Below, in pieces: positions 23,372 to 36,259 of a stretch of DNA of 64,000 nucleotides. Positions within the stretch are counted from its first letter, which is position 1. Each line of letters begins with the position of its first letter. A model generated the notes under the pieces. The model was not told the DNA's origin. It did not search any database and saw only the letters and a program-made list of their open reading frames with translations. Source of the stretch: Lobosporangium transversale (taxonomy: Eukaryota); NCBI RefSeq assembly GCF_002105155.1, contig NW_019029016.1:310001-374000 (forward strand), written 5' to 3'. Made by a program: the position numbers and the translations under genes.

Positions 23372-23517
23372 CAGTGCTCCTATTCGAACCATTCGCCACT
23401 CAAACCACTCGGCACTCGAACCACTCGACACTCGGGCCATTCGACACTCGAACCATTCGAACTATTCGACCATTCGCGTCATTCGAATCGATCCGTTCGA
23501 AACGAATAGGAGCACTG
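23372..23517. mobile_element. hAT-type MITE without target-site duplication
   Basis: 15-bp TIR cagtgctcctattcg, the same as at 62482-62579; interior made of YTCGA-type repeats. Confidence 0.8.
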
Positions 23518-24495
23518 CTGCAAACCTGTCACAGTAGCTGCAACTCCAATTCCTACTGCTTGTGTCCGCTTGTTCTTTTTGCTCGAGAGCTGTTGTGCAG
23601 CTGCCGCCTTCTCTTTCGATAGCCTCGATAGGCCCGATTCAGACCGCACATGGAGCTCTTGAGGAAGCGATAGCATTTCCTGTGACAGTGATGCGAATTG
23701 TGGGACTTCTGTCTGTGAGTTGTCTTCGAATTTCCATCCCGGGACACTGATTGTCGCTAAAAGCTTAAGCTGCTGTATGATTAAAGCAACTTAGGATAAT
23801 TTAGATCAGTGTTAGACTTGCCGAATGTTTGATTCCAGAATTCCAGTGTCTTATTGACGATTGACTTGTGATGAGAGTTGAGTGCAGTAAACAGCAATGG
23901 AGACAGTTGAGCTAAAGGCCCGGAGGTCGAGTCAACATCTTTAGCAGCGTGTTTGGTATCCAAGAATGGATTAGCTGGATTCGAGGCGGATGAAGGCTTT
24001 TGCCATTTTTGCGTTTGTTGATAAATGCTACGAATTGTAGTCAGAGGCGCTGGAAACACTAAACCAAAAGCAGAATTCGGACCACCTATGCCGGTCGATG
24101 ATGGCGAACATTTGAGTAGTATTCCTAAAATACACTGAGTCCACATGGTTTCAATTCTAGCTCTGTAGGGTCGACGCTGCATCTTGGATGGGTTACGAAT
24201 GTTCATCATGGGATCATCAAGCCATGTAATAATAGACAGCTGTAGGGCTTAAAACCATTGAATGGTTTGTGGCGAAGGGCCTTTGTTGATGGTTCTTTCC
24301 ATGAGCAAGAACGCTACTCCTTGAATCTGTGGAATACCTTCGGAGGTAATCAACTCTGCTCTGTATCTCACATTATCGTATGCTTCCGCAAATAGGTCCG
24401 AGCAGAGATTGAGCAGATAATCAGAATTTCTATCCAAGAGAATTATATTAGTACAAATCCTTGCAAGGCTTGAGCATTTACCCTCCACTCTTGTA

Positions 24496-24676
24496 AAAAA
24501 AAAATAAAAATAAAAAATGAAAAATAAAAATGAAAAATAAAAATAAAAATAAAAAATAAAAATATAAATAAAAATAAAAATAAAAATAAAAATATAAATA
24601 AAAATATAAATATAAATAAAAGTAAAAATAAAAATATAAATATAAATAAAAATAAAAATAAAAATAAAAAATAAAA
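24496..24676. repeat. (AAAATA)n low-complexity tract inside a Rif1 intron
   Basis: Direct reading. Confidence 0.9.
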
Positions 24677-26576
24677 ACTCACTGTGCTGATCTATATATT
24701 AAGAAAAGACGAAAAAATTAGGAGGCCAGGAAATTAGGTGGCTGCCTTCTGGTACCATAAATAATCAAACATACATGTATAAGCAACAGCTTGAGCATTC
24801 ACTCATCTGTGGATAGCAAGGAGCTGGGTGGCAAGGATCTCATTTAATTGGAGAATGGGCATCCAGTGCAGAGTGATTGGATATCGGCTGTCTTTACCAA
24901 GAGTCAAAATGTGATTCGTTGTCCCTTAATTTAATTTATTTTGCCCATACATAAAAAGATGATGCACTGTAGATAAGGATCTTTAGTCAAGGGGATCGCA
25001 ATGAAAGGAATGAGAGACTATTTGTTCGAGATAAAAATCTTGATGACGAGGAAGTGCGTTTTAGAAAACAATTGAGATTGTGGACAACAAAGGCTGATAT
25101 GGCTTTCCAGAATCGACCCTCTAATGCAGTTCCAATGACTGAATCACCTGTCGCCAGCCAGGTCTTGAGAATGAATTCAAGCGGCAATAAGATGACACCC
25201 TCGTTTTCAGGAAGCGGGATCACATCGCTTGTCTGTGGCGTTGGTTCAGAAACAGGGTATTGAGCAGACATAAGCGTTCTGGGAGAAAAAATCTCAATAA
25301 CACAAGTAAAGAAATAGTATATCATGTCCGCTCGAATGATGTATCCTGTCGACTCTGTATCGTGTTTCAACAGTGCAAGCTCCTCAGGGTCACAGTTCGG
25401 CCATTCGCCAGGAATGAGTGCTTCCGGGTTGCACCGTGACAATTTTTCTACAAAAAATAGCAGTGATGACAGAGCACGATCTGCCTCAGAAGTGGCTCTC
25501 ATATCTAGCATAAGAATTTAAGGCACTGTCATTCGTTAGACTACATCTTTTTTCACCTCGTATCATTTGGCCATTGAAGGTTCAGATATTGATCAATGAA
25601 TAGCACAAGACCGTACCCTTCTCTTGCAGATTGATATCTCGGATGGCTCTCACGATGGTTTCCCAAGTCGTCGCACACCGCTGCGTAAGCAGAGGTAGCT
25701 CCGTCAATCCAAGTATCTTCCAATCTTCGCGTGCTGCTTCCTGAATCCTATGTTGTAGCCCAACAGCTTGGTAAACACAGTCCAGACAATTATCCAGCAA
25801 GTCCGTACGGACCCAAGATGCCTCTGCACAGCCTAAATCCGAAAATGTAATTGAGCCAGGTACTATACTCTGGCGGCCTTCCACAAGGTCTACCGAAGTA
25901 TTAAGTCTACAGTTAATTATCAGCGATATCAAATCTATCTTTTTGAACTAGCTATTATATTGTTTACTAGCAATTATCAACGCTCCATACCTTGACCGCC
26001 AGAGTTAGAGATCAGTGCCGCAATGAGTCTGAGCGCGAGGTCACGGACATGCTCAGACTCGTCCACAATCGCAAGCTTCAGCTGCGGAAATAGGACCTGA
26101 TCTGCGTACTGTGATAAGCGCAAGATGAAGTAGCTCGTTAGAGATAACATTTTTTAGTCCTCAAATTAGTAGCACTGAACTTCTGCTCGAAATATGTCTC
26201 AACATACCTTTGATAGACTGGAACCGAGGGCATAAATAAGGATATCCAGGTGTTGAAACATGCTAGTCGAATGCGCTTCTGACTTTCGTAAAAAAGGCTA
26301 TATCAGGGACAAGAGCAACAGTAATGATGGATATTAGAGTCCACATAAAGTTTTCCCTTTTGGGACGAAGGCTCAAGGTATGGATGGACGAAGCATAAGT
26401 GTAGAGCAAAACCTACCAGTTTGCGATTGGGGCAAGCATTAGTCCAAGAGGCCTTTCGTTTGCGATATGTCCGCCAATAGCAAAATTATATATGAGGCGC
26501 CTAATAAAAAACAAATAAAAATAAAATGTTAGTTTCAAACATTGCATCAGCCATTATTTGGCGTTATACCGAGCGG

Positions 26577-26607
<31 letters not shown>

Positions 26608-27962
26608 AAAGTTCTTCGAGTCCTTGACTTACGTCCATGCTTGAAACGCGGCCATGTTGATTTCTGTCCTCGTGGATGATGTCGAATTAAAACATTTCTA
26701 TTTGTGATAGATATGTCGAGATCAAAGCATTATATGCGTAAAAAGTAAAGAAGGAAAAACAAAAAAAAAAAAAAAAAAAAAAAAGTTAGAATAGTTCAAG
26801 GATGTGTCATAATGCAACACCGATATTGCCGAGTATATTACCTCCACCATCTTTAGCATGGGCTTGAGCAATGGACTTTCTTGTAGTCTCTTTCCCATTA
26901 ATGTGACTAGCGTGCCCCAGACAGTGATGGCGTAAACCTCTAAAGTTACAAGAGAAACTCTTAAATATTAATCAAACATCCTTTTTAACATTCAAGAAGA
27001 AGAAAAAAAAAAGTCCGTATCGTCTTACCATCATTAGCATCCAGAAATTTTGCTGTCAAAACCTCAAGGAACTCAGTGCTATAATCATCCATGAATTCGT
27101 TGACGGCCTGTATTCGCCTCGGATCCTCCTTTTCAATCAACTTAGGGATCGCCATTTTCAACAGCTCCAACGCTCTTGACCGGATACCAGCAATGGGTGA
27201 TATTAGTGCCGTAAGTACAGGTATGAGCCATGATCGGACTGTTGCCACGATTTCATTCGGAAATTGTGTAAATACGGTAAACATGCCTCTTAAGGATTCA
27301 CCCGTAATACTTGGCGACTGGAATCGGGACTGCAGGTTGTCCGAGAAAGCCTCGATCGTTTGTGGGAGGAACGGATAGAAGAGTCTCCGATGGATTCTGG
27401 TAGCGGAGAGAGTCCATATTGCCAAATTACAAGTTATTTTCTCATCCGTTGCACTGACCAAATGTAAGGTTCGTGCAAGAAGAGCCTCGATTTCTTTGGA
27501 GGCAAACATCGCGACAATTTTCTGGCTGAAAAGAAAGTAGCTTGTACACTTTAGTGTCGCCTGAATCAAACTCGGAGGGCTATATAGGTCTAAATCCCTC
27601 GTGAGATACCTCGCAAACAATCGTATTGACTCTTTGACTTCCTCCAGATAGAATGGGTTTTCGCCGCCCTCTCTGAACTTGGCCTGCAAGTTAAGGTATG
27701 CTGGTGAGCGTATTTGAGCATCCTCAGACTGCAGTGACTCAAGAATCCCTTTCAATTTGGGAGCAAACGCCGCGTTGGGGAGCGACAATGGGGACTTCTG
27801 TCTGTAAGGGGGGAATGCGACGCGTTTGCTTGGAGAAGCTTCTACGACTGCAATCTGAGTGGGTATAGAAACAGGAACATCAGTTGCTACCAAAGACTCG
27901 TGAGATACATCATTTGGTGGCGTGCTATGGCTTTCTTGAACATTGTTGTTTGGTGATTCCTG

Positions 27963-28069
27963 AGGTGCTGTGGTGGGTGCTGTGGTGGGTGCTGTGGTGG
28001 GTGCTGTGGTGGGTGCTGTGGTGGGTGCTGTGGTGGGTGCTGTGGTGGGTGCTGTGGTGGGTGCTGTGG
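27963..28069 (-). repeat. 12-bp minisatellite encoding (TTAP)n, about 9 units
   Basis: ggtgctgtggtg tandem units in Rif1 exon 1. Confidence 0.95.
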
Positions 28070-28789
28070 CTGAAATGTCCGTTGACTGGCGTCGGTCTTC
28101 TCTAGACGTTCGCTTCGAGCTTTTAGATGATGACGCAATATTCGATGGCTGTGATGATGCGGACACTTCTGACTCCTCTACAGGTCTGTTGTTGTTGCTG
28201 TCGTTAGTACTATCGTTATCGTTAATATCGCCAGTCGACGTCACCCGACGGCTCTTGGGGAAGGGCAGATGGAGCCGTTTTCGCAGTAGACGTTGCGTCC
28301 AGTATTGTGATATCTGCTTTTCTTTTTTTGGTGATGCTGTTTTAGTACTATCGTTATCGTTAATATCGCCAGTCGACATCACCCGACGGCTCTTGGGGGA
28401 AGGTGAAGATGGAGAGGTTTCGGTAGTAGACGTTGCGTCTAGTATCGTGATTTCTGCTTTTCTCTTTTTGTTTGTAATGGAATCCATTATTTCTCGGTGT
28501 AAGTCGCGTGTACGAAAGAAAGTGAAAAAAAGTGGAAAAAAGTGAAAAAAAGTAAAAAAAGAAAAGAAAAAAAAGACAAGAAATGAAAAGATAAGAAGAA
28601 AGGAAAAGATAAGAAGAATAGAGGAATCTTTAGTCAAGGGGACCACAGTGAAAAGAACGAGAGACTATTTGTTTGAATAAAAAGCTTGGTGACAAAGAAG
28701 TGCGTTTTAGAAAACAGTTGAGATTGTGGACAACAAGATGGCGGCAAATTTTAACAAGTGAGAAGAGTCAAGATGTTAATTTTTTAACT

Positions 28790-29245
28790 TTTATAGTCGA
28801 AAGCTAAAATTGGTCCCAAAAATGATGGTGAAATTTAAAGTCACATCATATATTGGCGCACATGATACCAATAACCAAATTACGTCTTCCTCTTTATTCA
28901 GACAATTATATAAACACCATGACCAAAAAAAGTATTAGCAAAAGACGCAAGCCCTTCTCGGTGGAAGTGAAGGCACTAGCCGAAAAACTGAAGCCTCTTC
29001 CCCTTTCCCCTTTTCTAATAAGGATGGATAAAACATATGCAAAACACGAACTTGAAGAAATTCAAACGATATTATGACACCCTGACATCTCTTGAATACT
29101 GTCAAATAGAGGACAAATCAGCATAAAGTTGATGTCATGTGCGCCGATATTTGTGACTTTAAGTTTCATATTTTAAAATACTTCTTTTGTGAAGGTCAGT
29201 TCATTCATTTCTGAGACCAAGTTCACAGTGAATTTGACTCCATAA
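28790..29245. mobile_element. MITE-like element with long imperfect inverted repeats
   Basis: tgaaatttaaagtcaca...ggcgcacatga (about 28829-28866) is inverted at about 29130-29168, with a weaker outer match. The internal MTKKSISKRRKPFSVEVK may be a transposase N-terminal stub. Confidence 0.6.
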
Positions 29246-29309
29246 ACTACTTTCGGTTATAATGAATAGGAAAAATGGTTTATTATATAAAAGGGCTCAG
29301 TATCAATGT

Positions 29310-29970
29310 CATACTGTCTTCTCCTGAATTGCCTTTTCCATTACTATTCTCTTCCGTCTCAACACCTCTTCTTGCAACATCTTCTGTTCTTGTTCAATCA
29401 ACTCTAGTTTCTGTCGGCGCTTTGCTTCATATTCATCAACATCGGTAGCACCTTCAACAGTCCAGCCCCTACAGCATTCCGACGCCGTAGCGCGCCTGTC
29501 GTTGCCTTTGCAGCAGAAGCAGTAATCGTTTGATATGTCTCACTTTGTTCTATCTGAGGTATGTTCGCCAAAACCTTCTTCTGTCGATATCGGTTTGTCT
29601 TTGACCAGATCCATTGACCACTCAACGCCATCACTCCAAACATAATGGTCCCCGATGGTACTGCCTTGCATCCGCCTAAAAAAAAAATAAAAAATAAAAA
29701 AGCTTATTATGATGTGTGTGAGAAAGACTTAAGTATTTTAATACCAAAGAAACCTTTTTTTTTTTTTTTTTTTTTTTGTACTATCTGTATTCCATTCATA
29801 ACTTTATCTTATTCCCTACGTGCTAATGCTGCAAGGATCCCTCCTGTGCACGCTCCTGCAAGCGTACTGCTCCAAAGTTGCTCAATCTCTATAGTCTGTG
29901 GATCTTTCAACCCAAAATATGGGTTTTTGTTTCGCTGAAAACGAAGAAATGACTCCCGGAAGGCTATACA
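29310..29970 (-). pseudogene. Tim17/Tim22/Tim23-family-like membrane protein fragment
   Basis: Exons reading LWSSTLAGACTGGILAALA and GCKAVPSGTIMFGVMALSGQW (glycine-zipper helices); internal stop at 29404; 5' part not found. Confidence 0.5.
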
Positions 29971-30079
29971 ATGATAACATATGTAGCAAAAAAAAAAAAA
30001 AAAAAAAAAAAAACGGTTTTATATCATGTAAATACAAAAGAAACTTATTTCAAAAACTGCATGTAGGCATTTACTACTG

Positions 30080-32690
30080 CATTATCCAACTAGAACGGCG
30101 ACCCTTTGCTGTAAGCTCTCTTTCTTTATTTCCCGCTCGCGAATCCAACTAAAGAGATGTAAATAAAGAAAAATAAAATCTCAACTATGGCTATCTCTGT
30201 TCTACATCTTTCTTCCGATGCGAAAAGAAAAAAGAAGTAAAACTACGAAGGGTGGAAAAAAAAGGGTGGAACAGTAAAGGGTCGCCTGTTCGGATAATGG
30301 ACGTAAGACTTCCTTCGTCGTCTTCGTAAACCATTATCCGTCAAGAACGGCGACCCTTTACTGTGACTTCAGAGATCAGCCCAAAACAACATGAGTAAAG
30401 TTTGACCGGGTGTTGCTGGACAGTCGGTAAAACTTGGAGAACATCGCAGGTGAGGGCCAAATGCCTTGTGCGACAATATCATCAATGTTGATACCCATCT
30501 TAACAGCCTGCGTAGATCCAGCCGCGCGTGCTTTAGGTGGTTTGAAACCTGAAGGAAGGTGCAGTCGAGCCATAACTGCGCGAATGTGCTTACTAATCCT
30601 CTCAGCACCAATAGCTTGACCAGGGAACTTGATTTGTCGAATGAGAGGATTGTACTTGAGCGAAGGCATCGTAGGGTGCGGGACATTAAGTCTGAATTCT
30701 TCGTGGAGGTGTACGTAGTCACGAAAAGTCCGAACTGGGCACAAGCGAGGGTCCGTAGCATGGGCCCTTGAGGATCACTTCCTTATTCTTATGAATGCCG
30801 CCAGATGTCTCCTTGGGCCGAAGAATGAGCATTCGGACGAACGACTCTTCTACCTGGCAGCCATTAAGGTCGATTCGCTCGATATCACATGGGCGCAGAA
30901 AAGCACACATATCTAGGAGCCAGCAAAGCTTTTGTGTAAGGGTCTCTTTGGACATGTCGTTGTTCGTGGCGAGTGAACGGAAATATTCCAGAACTGGGGT
31001 CAAGTCGAGATCGACATCCTGCGAAGGATCAACTTCATTTGCGCGCAAAATCTTGAAGAAGTGGCGAAAGTGCTGGTCTTCGTCAAATGACGAGGTGTCT
31101 TCGTACAGTCCTGTTATTTGTGCTCGGTAAGCTGTGACAGCCGCGGCACGCCACTTTCTGGTAGTGTGCCCCATGCCAGAAAATTGAGGATATGGTGTGG
31201 TCCCCACATCCTGTCCAACCTCTCGAATGTCGACGGATCTATGGACCACTCGAGTTGTTGCTGAAGCTGACGACTGGGAGGGTCCGCAGGATTGAGCTGG
31301 GAAAGAACAAAGGCTGTAGTCAACATTGTTCCTGTCTTCAGACAGTGTGACCATATGTGATTGGCGAGATCCATTAATTCCGGAGACCTGGTGCCTCCGA
31401 ATTTGTTGACATAAGCAATGGTGGTAGTGTTGTCGCAGTAGAGCATCAGACGTTTCCCTTGAATTGTGGTAGAGTGACAATATACCATATTACTGTCAGT
31501 TCCTTGACATTGATATGGCATTGGGCCATCTCAGAGTCCCATGTGCCGCTCAGGGAGTCCTGTCCATAAACAATACCCCAACCCGTGTCCGAGACATCCG
31601 CGAAGACTTCCCTCTGAGGTGGTTGTTGGATCCATGACATCCCGTTCCATGACTTTAGGCTGTCAATCCACCATTCCAGTTCCTGTGCAGCCTCCATCAT
31701 CAGTGAAACAGACCCCGTCCATGAAGTCCCTAGGCGAAGAGCCTCGTTCTTGGGGTGGACTAAGTGGTGTGTCTTGAGCCTGGCTGGGAGCACCGCCGCT
31801 GTCATTGCCAAGGCTTTGCCGATGAACGAAAACAGAGCTCGCAGGGTCAGTTTGCCTTGTTTGAGGATCTTGGTAGCTTCTTTGCGAATATCTCGGACCA
31901 GTCGCCTCAAGCTTAGTACAGGTCGAAGATCTCCTGTTTTCTTTGGAATCGTAAATAGGCGACTGCTGAATCCATCTTCTGTAGCTTCCTCTATCGCCCT
32001 TTTTCCCAAAAGGGCAAGAATTTCGCGCTCGATCACTTCTGTCTCTCTCGTCGAGCGATGATGATTGTGTAGTTGTTGGGAGGTGACTGTTGCTGGGAGA
32101 ATTAAGGTTTGTGTCGGAGGATGAATTCTGACTCTGAGGCCCGGATTGTTGCCCTGTTTGGGAAACATTAGAGTTGCCGTTATTGTGACGGTTGACGCCG
32201 TTATTGTGACGGTTGACGCCGTTGGCGCTGTTGTTGCCATTTCTAGTATAGTTCCTTCTGCCTTTGCTTCTGCCGCGTGCCATTTGGCTGGTTGCTTGCC
32301 GAAGTGAGGTAGTAAACTTTTGCATCTCAATGAATTCCTGAGGCTCGAGGATGGGAGTCCTGTTGCTAGGGTTAGTGGGTGGAATGATGCCCTTGTCTCG
32401 ACACAAAGCTTGGACACGTAATTGACCGATCTCAGTGGTAATAAGCGCCAGATTGTGTCGTATGACGTCAAGCGAGCGAAGAACGTTGGCCACCATAGGG
32501 TCATTGAGGTCAGTAGATTTGAGGAGAGCGTGGGCTGTTGCATCAATAGAGCGAGTGAGGTGAGCGAGACGTGCTTGGATTATAGCCCAGTCATGGTCTC
32601 GCCTTTTAAGGCTGTCCGAAGGGCTGATGTTTGGAGGTAAAGGAGGGGGTGTGTAGTCCACATCTTTAACCCTAAGAAAGGTCTTAACGT
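30080..32690 (-). mobile_element. DIRS1-like element, family C; internally deleted and left end missing
   Basis: gag (LAHLTRSID). RT jumps from LRPVLSLRRL straight to VRDIRKEA. RNase H FADVSDTGWG; YR FLRPCD, PKARAAGST, FSKFYRL. ICR 30271-30364 and ITR about 30095-30220. Confidence 0.92.
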
Positions 32691-33190
32691 CCAGGTGGAA
32701 GATCAATAAAAATAAACGAAGTGGCTTAAATGCTTGCATGTACGGCAGCTTATTCCTTGGCAAACAATTATTTCGGACTCTTTGCAGAAAGAGGATACAT
32801 CTATTACGATCTAGGTACTCCGAACATCAACCAAGCTGATTATACTATTTTGTACTGGTACAGTATATTGGTGTTGTGCGTGCAGATCAGATTATAGGAT
32901 TGAGGCAACAGGATCCAGTTTTGAGCATTCAAGTATTGGGGAGGAAATTCTTCAGGAGTTCGCATATTGAGGATTTGACGGTGAGTTCTGTACAGGTTTT
33001 ACAATTGAAGGAGTATTGCTGAAAAGAAGGAAAAAGTCGTGCTTTCGTTTTTAGATTGCTTTTGTCATAAGTGTAAATAACGACCTCAAGTTCGTCCTAA
33101 ATCTCTTCCAAAAAATAAAAAATATAAAAGTACAAAATTATATTTACATCAAACAATTTCTATATGGGCTTTCATGGTGAAGGTGATGAG

Positions 33191-33222
<32 letters not shown>

Positions 33223-33579
33223 GAGGAGGAGCAACCCTTTGTCTGATGGAAGTTCCGTCATTCTCGTTGAGAGCAACAAGAGATAGAGTTAGGAGCTTTC
33301 CGACCATAATAAATTATCATTCGTTTCCTGCCCTCATTCCCTAAGCTCTACCTTTGCACCACCAGGCAATTTGCATGACATGTAACTTAATAAATCACCA
33401 CAATTCATTCCCAATCCCCCTGTCTCTACCTGTCGCAGATGAGACTCCAGCTCGGGAAATGTTTACAATGAGATAGGGATAAGAGCACTAGGAATAATCC
33501 GTTTATAAGAGACTTGCTTTGGGCTGTATGAGATTAATTCAGTCTCGTCGCCAGATTCAATAATGATTTAATGAATGTG

Positions 33580-33870
33580 TTTTACAACCAATTGCACGTG
33601 TCTCTCTCTTCCTGCAACTTTGTTTACGTTTTTAAACGGTTTTCGCTCTGACCAGTCAAATTAGCAAAAACGGGATTTTTATTGTCATTTGGCACTTTGG
33701 TTATTTTTATTGGCGGCCACAGTTGTAGAATCTATCCAGAGGTACGAGGTGAAAATGCTCGTTTAGAAATCCATAAAGGCTAGCCTTTCGTCAAATGCGT
33801 CAAAGATGGATCTAATGGTTTATTGGTGAAAATCGGAATCAATGCGTTGATAACCCTTTGAAGGTAGCAT
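33580..33870 (-). pseudogene. 5' fragment of an IS630/Tc1-like transposase related to 43200-44197
   Basis: ggaatcaatgcgtt...gcatggtg shared with 44163-44201; similar N-terminus (INALIPIF). Confidence 0.55.
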
Positions 33871-34648
33871 GGTGTTGAAAAAGGAAAAAAAGAAAAAAAA
33901 GAAAAGGGAAGGCAAGATAAGAGTATTTTGCGTGCAATACAACCAGGTTGTTGTCACATAATTGTGATTTTGCTCGCATTGTTGTTGCGATATCGGTAAG
34001 GAAAGTATACTTTAGTCATTTACCCAGTTCCGGAACTAAAAAATCGAGTACATCAATCCTTTGCTTTCTAGTAACTCTATCCCGCTCGTATCAGACCCTA
34101 TGCTCTATAGATGCTCCAATACATGTATCGTAGAGCAAGCTTCCCCCTTGAGGCAGATATGAAAAGTAAGAACCAATAAAATCACACAGGAATGTTACAT
34201 TTGCATTTATTAAACTAACCAAGAAATTATTAACGTACAAGCCAGTTTGATTAACATAACCTTAACTTAAAATATATTAAATATGTAAACGTGTTAAACG
34301 CGTAAACAAAAGTTTTATAACGCTTAACACTGAAATTTTGCTTTAATAAATCGCACTGTTAACATTCATTGCTCATCCTCCTCTCCTTTTCTAATGATCT
34401 TCCCTGCCAACACAATTTCTCATTCTCATCTGTTTCACCCCCACAAACCATCATCGCTGTCCTCACTAATGACGCTATAAGTAAATAATCGCCATTTGCA
34501 TAGTCATGCCTCATTGCATCAGTTGTGGAAAAAGCACTTGTCAAGTTTGTCCATCCTTTACTTCTCTCTTATTTTTTATACTTTCTCTATAGCACAATCA
34601 CTGATAGACCAAGTGGCATCCACATAACTGGCATATCTTTTTCATAGC

Positions 34649-35830
34649 ATGAAATCACTATCCAAATCAACTGTCCAAAATGCAACCGCACAGCTCATCA
34701 AGGAAAGTCTTGCAGAGAGGTGTCAAAGAGCTTAGGGATATTCGTTACCTCAGTACAAAGGATTAGAAAAAGAGGCAAGGAACGTATTCCAGTGTTGAAA
34801 GGGGAGCGACCTTACAAAGTCATTAAGGAAACGAAACGAGTTTTAGTGAGATATTTGATAATGAATTGTAGACCCTCAAAGATGGTCAACAACTAGTTCA
34901 ATCGAGGGATGGAGTGCAGGTTGGTAAATCCAGCATCAGGAGGTGCCTTATTGAGGATGATATAGAGGCATATGTAAAACACAAGCAGCCTAATATGACA
35001 GATAACCAAACCCATGCTCGATATGAATTTGCAAAAGAACACTTGAACTGGATCGTAGATGACTGAGAGAATACCATGTCCTTAGATGAGACCACCTTCA
35101 ATAGAGTTGGGTCTTGCGGAAGAAAATCCTACTACAAACATCGAGGAGACAATACTCTACAATCACATCATATCAAAAGACAAGGTAAGGTAGTGGAGGG
35201 GAAATAATGTTCTGGAGTTGCATCACCTACTACGGACCAGGCGATGGCTGTTGGCTCCAAGACAAGGTTGACTTAGTAACCGACGTCGACGTCTCCAAGG
35301 ATTATATCATTAGATCCAGGGATTACGACTCGTTGAATAAGGACAAATTATATTTCAGCAAGACAATATCAGTAGTCATACCGCAAAAATTACAATAGAC
35401 TATATCCAAAAGCCTAATATAGTCCCCATGAAATGGCCAATGAGCTCTTGTAATAGGTAGTGAAGACAAAAAGGTGATCTCGTTAAATTATTATATGTCT
35501 TTTTATAAGCTCGATTAGTAGTCATCTATATGGGTTTTTAGCTAAGATTTTTACCTCTTTTTATTTAATGAAGATCTTTCTTTCGTTCTCATTACTTATT
35601 ACGATCCTGGCATATTCAGACTATTTACTGTGACAACTCCTGATATCAACCCAATAGAAAAAAGTATGGGCATACATGAAGATGTAGTTGGATCAATATC
35701 TAGACACACCAAGGAATATGGAGGACCTCTGGAATCGAGTTCAAATGGACACATATCCCCCCTGAATTCTTACAAAAGCTATGCTGTAGTATACCGAAGA
35801 GGATGAAGTAGTTGCATAAGACTTAAAGAG
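34649..35830 (+). pseudogene. Decayed Tc1-like transposase
   Basis: DETTFNRVGS, MFWSCITYYGPG, WP and PDINPIE remnants; many stops and shifts. Confidence 0.8.
35449..35635. mobile_element. 187-bp insertion, possible solo LTR
   Basis: Splits the WPxxS/PDINPIE motif; TGT...ACA ends; only a 3/5 flank match (gctct vs actcc). Confidence 0.5.
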
Positions 35831-36259
35831 GAAACTTCGTAAGGGAAAGGAAATAAAAAGAACAAGGTTATAAATTTCTATAACAGATGCAATGAGATAT
35901 TGAATAGCAAATTGCAATTAAATGCTGATCAGGCCATTGATGGCGATGGCGGTGACGGTTGATGGAGGTGAGACGAATGCGAATGGAATGAGGAATGAAT
36001 GTTAAAAAGTGCGACGTCACTATAAATTCCTTCCTTGTCTCCTGTCTTCCTTATCACCTTTCCGGAGAAGAGGGTGCGGGAGTGATACGCGCATTGCTGC
36101 TCATTCATGTTTTCCATCTGCTCCACAGCCCGCAGTAGAAACCAGTCACACGATGCAATAAAATGTGGCTTCATTGCGGTGACTAGCCACATCACCCTTC
36201 CCTCTCCTTCTCACGCCAACACCCTTTTACTTTTCCTCACTCTTTATTCATTCCAATTG

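Larger units (their letters stand above)
23518..28487 (-). pseudogene. RIF1: Rif1 (telomere/replication-timing regulator) N-terminal HEAT region, multi-exon, disrupted and 3'-truncated
   Basis: LFARYLTRD, CNLAIWTLS, CFNS...AAFQAW.RLIYNF, PLLFTALNSHHKSIVNKTLEFWNQTFG...LNYP and LATISVPGW motifs. In-frame TAA at 24249 and near 25520; frameshifts near 25000 and 23783. Confidence 0.85.

Noticed and set aside
23372..23517. CRISPR-like array
   Set aside because: Irregular short repeats without unique spacers, bounded by TIRs, in a eukaryotic context.
27884..28545. Plus-strand (WWVL)n and (GAVV)n ORFs
   Set aside because: Antisense readings of the TTAP minisatellite.
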